Assembly (NCBI RefSeq): GCF_001457595.1 | Contig: NZ_LN831039.1 | Location: forward strand, 1,620,001-1,652,000 | DNA: 32,000 nt | Source: Mycolicibacterium smegmatis | GTDB lineage: Bacteria; Actinomycetota; Actinomycetes; Mycobacteriales; Mycobacteriaceae | Reading direction: 5' to 3' | Shown here: positions 27,204 to 32,000 of the stretch, piece after piece | How positions within the stretch are numbered: the stretch's first letter is position 1 | How the letters are laid out: every line of letters begins with the position of its first letter | Translations under genes and position numbers: made by a program | The notes under the pieces: generated by a model | Told to the model about the DNA's origin: nothing | The model's database searches: none | What the model saw: only the letters and a program-made list of their open reading frames with translations

Positions 27204-28631
27204 GTGGACTCGAAGGAAACGGACGCGTCGAAGCCTTCACAGGCGGACGCAGGCCAGCAGGCGCCGACGGCGCATGCGGAAGAAGTGAAAGCACCGCCTG
27301 AGGTGGTCAAACGCGCTGTCGCGGCGTCGGCCGTCGGCAACTTCACGGAGTGGTTCGACTACGGCATATACGCCTACGGCGTCAGCTACATCTCCGCCGC
27401 GATCTTCCCAGGTGACGGCAAGAGCGCGACGCTGCTGGCACTGATGACGTTCGCCGTGTCGTTCCTGGTACGGCCTCTCGGTGGCCTCGTGTGGGGGCCG
27501 CTCGGAGACCGCATCGGGCGTAAACAGGTGTTGGCCATCACAATTCTGCTGATGGCGGGCGCCACATTGTGCGTCGGACTCGTGCCGCCGTACGCCACGA
27601 TCGGGGTGGCGGCGCCGATCCTTATGGTCGTGCTGCGCATGATCCAGGGCTTCTCCACCGGCGGCGAATACGGCGGTGCGGCAACCTTCATGGCCGAGTA
27701 CTCACCGTCGCGCCGACGCGGACTCTTCGGCAGTTTCCTCGAATTCGGCACGCTCGCAGGCTTTTCGTTCGGCGCCCTGCTCATGCTGGGCTTTTCCCTG
27801 CTGCTGTCCGACGACCAGATGGGGTCGTGGGGTTGGCGATTGCCGTTCCTGGTGGCCGCACCGCTCGGCCTGATCGGCGTGTACCTGCGCTCGCGGCTCG
27901 AAGACACCCCGATCTACCGCGAGCTGGAAGAGTCCGGCGAGTCCGAGGAGCACCCGACGGGCGAGTTCAAGGCCCTGGTGGTCGACTACTGGAGCCCGAT
28001 CCTGCGACTCGGCGGCCTGGTGGTGGCGCTCAACGTCGTCAACTACACGCTGCTCACGTACATGCCGACCTACCTGGAGAGTGCCATCGGCCTGTCCACC
28101 GATCAGTCGCTGGTGGTGCCGATCATCGGCATGCTGTCGATGATGGTGTTCCTGCCGTTCGCCGGGCGCATCTCGGATCGCGTTGGGCGAAAACCGATGT
28201 GGTGGTTCTCGGTGGTCGGCCTGTTCGTGGCGGGCGTGCCGATGTTCATGCTCATGAGCACCAACCTCGTCGGCGCGATCATCGGTTTCGCGGTGCTGGG
28301 CCTGCTCTACGTACCGCAGTTGGCGACCATTTCCGCCACCTTCCCGGCGATGTTCCCCACGCAGGTGCGTTTCGCGGGATTCGCGATCGCCTACAACGTG
28401 TCGACATCGATATTCGGCGGTACCGCGCCCGCGATCAACGACTGGCTGGTCAACCTCACGGGCGACAACCTGGTGCCGGCCTACTACATGATGGTGGCCT
28501 GTGTCATCGGCGCGATCTCGCTGGTGCGGATGCCCGAGACCGCGCGTTGCCCGATCAACGGCACCGAGATCCCGGGGACACCGGAGGCGCCACCGCAACT
28601 GGATTACAAGGAACCTGCCCACGCATCCTGA
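27204..28631 (+). CDS. MFS transporter of the metabolite:H+ symporter (ProP/ShiA-like) type
   Basis: VGNFTEWFDYGIYAYGVSYISAAIFP... GGLVWGPLGDRIGRKQVLAITI... GFSTGGEYGGAATFMAEYSPSRRRGLFGSFLEFGT; GTG start after GAGGAGGGG. Confidence 0.92.
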   Translation: MDSKETDASKPSQADAGQQAPTAHAEEVKAPPEVVKRAVAASAVGNFTEWFDYGIYAYGVSYISAAIFPGDGKSATLLALMTFAVSFLVRPLGGLVWGPLGDRIGRKQVLAITILLMAGATLCVGLVPPYATIGVAAPILMVVLRMIQGFSTGGEYGGAATFMAEYSPSRRRGLFGSFLEFGTLAGFSFGALLMLGFSLLLSDDQMGSWGWRLPFLVAAPLGLIGVYLRSRLEDTPIYRELEESGESEEHPTGEFKALVVDYWSPILRLGGLVVALNVVNYTLLTYMPTYLESAIGLSTDQSLVVPIIGMLSMMVFLPFAGRISDRVGRKPMWWFSVVGLFVAGVPMFMLMSTNLVGAIIGFAVLGLLYVPQLATISATFPAMFPTQVRFAGFAIAYNVSTSIFGGTAPAINDWLVNLTGDNLVPAYYMMVACVIGAISLVRMPETARCPINGTEIPGTPEAPPQLDYKEPAHAS

Positions 28632-28663
28632 ACGAATTTTTCCCGGTGCGCGTTTGATCGGGT

Positions 28664-29314
28664 GTGGCAGTTCACTCGATCATCGGCGACTGGAAGCTCT
28701 GGCTGGGCTTTCTCCTGGTGGCGATACCCGTGTGCCTCTCGCCGGGGGCAGGCGCGATCCAGTCGATGTCGTCGGGTCTGACCCACGGCCTGGTGCGCTC
28801 CTACTGGAGCATCGCAGGTCAGGAACTCGGGCTCATCGCCCAACTGACCGTGGTTGCAGTCGGTTTGGGTGCCGTGGTCGCCGGATCGGCAGCGGCGTTC
28901 GCCGTCATCAAGGTGATCGGGGTGGTGTACCTGCTGTATCTCGCTGTGCGCCAATGGCGTTCGGCGGGAACAGATGTTCGTGACACCGTGGGGCGTCCGG
29001 CGGCGAGAGCCGGCATCCCGTTGCTGGCGCGCGGATTCCTGGTCAACGCCACCAACCCGAAGGCGCTGGTGTTCTACCTGGCAGTCCTGCCGCAGTTCCT
29101 GCAGCCGAAATCCCCGCTACTGCCACAGTATGTGGCGATCGGTGCGACGTTCGTGCTGGTCGACATCGTGGTGATGAGCATGTACGCGGGTCTGGCCGCG
29201 CGCCTGCTCAGCGCGCTGGGCGCGCGGCAGCAGCGAATCCTCAACCGGTCCTTCTCCGGCCTGTTCGCGACCGCGGCGGTGCTTGTCGCACTGGTGCGCC
29301 GCGGCGCGGCCTGA
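28664..29314 (+). CDS. LysE-family translocator
   Basis: LGFLLVAIPVCLSPGAGAIQSMSSGLTHGLVRSYWSIAGQELGLIAQL... GFLVNATNPKALVFYLAVLPQFLQ. Confidence 0.9.
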   Translation: MAVHSIIGDWKLWLGFLLVAIPVCLSPGAGAIQSMSSGLTHGLVRSYWSIAGQELGLIAQLTVVAVGLGAVVAGSAAAFAVIKVIGVVYLLYLAVRQWRSAGTDVRDTVGRPAARAGIPLLARGFLVNATNPKALVFYLAVLPQFLQPKSPLLPQYVAIGATFVLVDIVVMSMYAGLAARLLSALGARQQRILNRSFSGLFATAAVLVALVRRGAA

Positions 29315-29318
29315 CAGG

Positions 29319-30242
29319 TCAGCGCAGAGTGCCGCTGATGTAGATGATCTCGCCGAGCGGATCGTCGTCGTCGTGCCCCGGCGCGGGCAGCCCGTACCGG
29401 GTGAACAGCGTCGCGCGGGCGGCACTGTCCATCTGCCAGCCCTTGGTTTCGAGATAGTCTGACGCAGAATGTCTTTCACCGTGGTAGATCAGTGACGGCA
29501 TGTCGATGTCGACGCCCATGCGGGTGAGTGTCTCGGTGGCCTGGCGCGCCTTCTCCGGGTCGAAATCCTTGAGGGCGGGCACGAACTCGGTGGCCACGGT
29601 GCTGCCCGGGGCGCTGAGGTGGTGGATGTCGTCGAACAGTTTGTCCTGCGCCTCGGGCGGCAGATAGATCAACAGACCCTCGGCGCACCAGGCCGTCGGC
29701 GCGGACGGGTCGAATCCGGCGGCCCGCAGTGCGGCCGGCCAGTCGTCGCGCAGATCGATCGACACGGTGCGCCGTTCGCAGGTGGGTTCGGCACCCAGGT
29801 CGGCGAGGGTGCGGGTCTTGAACTCGATGACATCGGGTTGGTCGATCTCGTAGACGACCGTGCCGTCGGGCCACGGCAGCCGGTAGGCGCGTGAATCCAG
29901 ACCGGACGCGAGGATCACCGCCTGCCCGACACCTCGGCCGGTCGCGTCCATGAAGTAGTCGTCGAAGAACTTGGTCCGCACAGCCATCTCGTCGATGTTG
30001 GCGCGCACCCGGGCGGCCGACTCCGGGAGGACCTTTTCGATGTCAAACTTGCCGTCTGCCAGCATCGTCAACGCCTCGATACCGACCGCCCGCACCAGCG
30101 GTGCCGCGAACGGATCGTTGATCAGGCCGTCGGGATCCTGGCTGACGACCGCACGCCCGGCCGCCACCATCGTCGCCGTCGCCCCCACACTCGACGCCAG
30201 ATCCCACGTGTCGTTGTCGCTGCGCACCATGGACGTCCTCAC
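29319..30242 (-). CDS. SAM-dependent methyltransferase, TIGR00027/leucine carboxyl methyltransferase-like
   Basis: [22 protein letters not shown]... [36 protein letters not shown]... [23 protein letters not shown]. Confidence 0.93.
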   Translation of the reverse strand: MRTSMVRSDNDTWDLASSVGATATMVAAGRAVVSQDPDGLINDPFAAPLVRAVGIEALTMLADGKFDIEKVLPESAARVRANIDEMAVRTKFFDDYFMDATGRGVGQAVILASGLDSRAYRLPWPDGTVVYEIDQPDVIEFKTRTLADLGAEPTCERRTVSIDLRDDWPAALRAAGFDPSAPTAWCAEGLLIYLPPEAQDKLFDDIHHLSAPGSTVATEFVPALKDFDPEKARQATETLTRMGVDIDMPSLIYHGERHSASDYLETKGWQMDSAARATLFTRYGLPAPGHDDDDPLGEIIYISGTLR

Positions 30243-31135
30243 TTCAGATGTGCCGAAAGGTAACCCGAGTCGCCCGAGAGTTCGGCCATCTCCTCGGGGA
30301 GTTCGAAACCATGATCAGCGTAGGCCTCTTTCGACGGCCGCACCGTGACCTGCCAGCCCAGCCCGCGCAGGTAGTCGCCCGCGGTGTTGCGCTCACCGGT
30401 GTAGAAGAGGTCGGCGATGTCCAGCGAGCTGCCCACACGTCGCGACCATTCACCGATTCGCTTGCCGGCACCTTCGGCGAGAATGCGGTGGTCCATGTGC
30501 TCGGTGGCCAGCCTGCTGCCCGGAGCCGACAGCGCGGTGATGTTGTCCAGCAGGCGATCCTGGGCCTCGGCAGGCAGATAGATCAGCAGGCCTTCGGCGA
30601 TCCATGCGGTCGGCTCGGCCGGATCGAATCCGGCGTCGCGCAGGGCCGCGGGCCAGTCGTCACGAAGATCGACGGCCACCGTGCGGCGTTCTGCGGTGGG
30701 CTGGGCGCCCAGATCGGCCAGGGTGCGGGTCTTGAACTCGATCACCTGCGGTTGGTCGACCTCGAACAACACGGTCCCGGCGGGCCAGTCCAGCCGGTAG
30801 GCGCGGGTGTCCAGACCCGAGGCCAGGATCACGGCCTGGCGTACCCCGTCGGCACCGGCGGCGATGAAGAGCTCGTCGAAATACCGTGTGCGCACGGCGA
30901 TCTGCTCGCACATCCGGTTCAGGTCGAGCATCGGGTCGCCCTCGACGCATGTCTCGCCGTCGGCGAGTGCGATGCAGTGCTCGAGGCCGACGGCCTTGAC
31001 GAGCGCGTCGGCGTACGGGTCGTCGATCAGTGGGTCGGGCTGTTTGGTCGCAAGCGCCCGCATCGCCGCGACGCCGGTCGCGGTGGACCCGACGCTGGTC
31101 GCCAGATCCCAGGTGTCGCCGTCGGTTCGTGTCAT
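30239..31135 (-). CDS. SAM-dependent methyltransferase, TIGR00027 type (tandem paralog 2)
   Basis: [29 protein letters not shown]... [36 protein letters not shown]... [17 protein letters not shown]. Confidence 0.93.
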   Translation of the reverse strand: MTRTDGDTWDLATSVGSTATGVAAMRALATKQPDPLIDDPYADALVKAVGLEHCIALADGETCVEGDPMLDLNRMCEQIAVRTRYFDELFIAAGADGVRQAVILASGLDTRAYRLDWPAGTVLFEVDQPQVIEFKTRTLADLGAQPTAERRTVAVDLRDDWPAALRDAGFDPAEPTAWIAEGLLIYLPAEAQDRLLDNITALSAPGSRLATEHMDHRILAEGAGKRIGEWSRRVGSSLDIADLFYTGERNTAGDYLRGLGWQVTVRPSKEAYADHGFELPEEMAELSGDSGYLSAHLK

Positions 31136-31144
31136 CGTCAACTC

Positions 31145-32000
31145 CTAACTGCGTGTCGCGGTGATGGCCACCGACTGCCGCATCGCAGCGTTGTCGTCAC
31201 CGGTGAGCGTGAGGTCGGGGAAGGTGCGGCCATATGCGGCGAACACCTCGGGTCGGGGGCGGGTGCTGACCTGCCAGCCGTGGCCGGCGAGATATTCGTC
31301 GGCGGCGTTGCGGTCGCCGCCGTACCAGAGGTCGGACAGGTCGACGTCGAATCCGTGGTCGCGCCACCGCTCGCTCATCGCCTGCCCGCGGCCACGCAGG
31401 GTCGAGGTGATGTCGGGGTGGTACTCGGTGGCCAATCGGCTACCGCGCGCGGACAGCGCGGTGATGTTGTCGAACAAGCGGTCCTGCGCCTCGGGCGGCA
31501 GGTAGACCAGAAGGCCCTCGGCGATCCACGCCGTCGGCGTCGCCGCGTCGAAGCCTGCGGCGTGCAGCGCGGCGGGCCAGTCGTCACGCAGATCCACCGC
31601 GACCGTGCGGCGCTCGGCGGTCGGTGACGCGCCGATCTCGGCCATGGCCGCGGTCTTCGCCTCGATGACGCGAGGTTGGTCGATCTCGTAGACGACGGTG
31701 CCCGCAGGCCAGCCCAGCCGGTAGGCCCGCGAATCGAGCCCCGCGGCGAGGATCACCGCCTGCCGGATGCCCGCGCCTGCCGCGTCGCAGAAGAAGTCGT
31801 CGAAGAACCGTGTCCGCACGGCCATCATCGAGACCATCAACCCGGCGGCGGCCGCGTCGTCGCCGTCCAGTGCGATGTCCCCGTCGACCAACTTGGTGAA
31901 GAACTCCAGGCCGACCTTGCGCACCAGATCGGCGGCGTAGGGATCGTCGATCAGCGCGTTGGGTTCGGTGCTGGCGATCGCGCGGGCGGCGGCCACCATG
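31145..32000 (-). CDS. SAM-dependent methyltransferase, TIGR00027 type (tandem paralog 3; 5' end outside window)
   Basis: [30 protein letters not shown]... [36 protein letters not shown]... [20 protein letters not shown]. Paralogs begin ~20 aa earlier, so the gene runs off the window. Confidence 0.92.
   Translation of the reverse strand, partial: MVAAARAIASTEPNALIDDPYAADLVRKVGLEFFTKLVDGDIALDGDDAAAAGLMVSMMAVRTRFFDDFFCDAAGAGIRQAVILAAGLDSRAYRLGWPAGTVVYEIDQPRVIEAKTAAMAEIGASPTAERRTVAVDLRDDWPAALHAAGFDAATPTAWIAEGLLVYLPPEAQDRLFDNITALSARGSRLATEYHPDITSTLRGRGQAMSERWRDHGFDVDLSDLWYGGDRNAADEYLAGHGWQVSTRPRPEVFAAYGRTFPDLTLTGDDNAAMRQSVAITATRS

Noticed and set aside
30248-31627. 459-aa plus-strand ORF opposite the methyltransferases
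   Set aside because: Antisense to two strong TIGR00027-type genes and composed of repetitive GRQ/DQ/QAL patterns that mirror the conserved methyltransferase motifs.
1-32000. CRISPR arrays, tRNA or rRNA genes
   Set aside because: No regularly spaced repeat array was noticed and no tRNA- or rRNA-like sequence was recognised; a dedicated scan (tRNAscan-SE, Infernal) was not possible.

Overview
GC-rich actinobacterial (Mycobacterium/Mycolicibacterium-like) chromosomal window. The backbone contains atsA (arylsulfatase), an FGE-like sulfatase-modifying factor, the spc ribosomal protein cluster rplN-rplX-rplE-rpsN-rpsH-rplF-rplR-rpsE-rpmD-rplO with a Rho-independent terminator, an F420-type LLM oxidoreductase, sppA, an MFS transporter, a LysE exporter and three tandem TIGR00027-type SAM methyltransferases. 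Between the sulfatase pair and rplN lies a ~15 kb accessory catabolic-looking island (about 4.45-19.64 kb): two paralogous multi-spanning permeases near its ends, an MFS transporter, a PucR-type regulator, a GlcG/HbpS-like protein, a heme-oxygenase-like diiron oxidase (HDO/CADD-PqqC-like), two small Rieske ferredoxins, an FAD-dependent ferredoxin reductase, an aldehyde dehydrogenase, a gamma-glutamyltransferase/HpxW-like Ntn hydrolase, a RidA-like protein and an amidase. The most interesting points are (i) a candidate redox system with Rieske electron-transfer components but no Rieske oxygenase, where the HDO-fold protein is the only obvious oxygenase; and (ii) a repeated, apparently island-specific cis element TGTGCANNTTGACCC(G) upstream of most transcription units, with candidate -10 elements at constant spacing. 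A fasciclin (MPT70/MPT83-like) gene at the left edge appears frameshifted. All family assignments are from reading motifs; no database searches were run.
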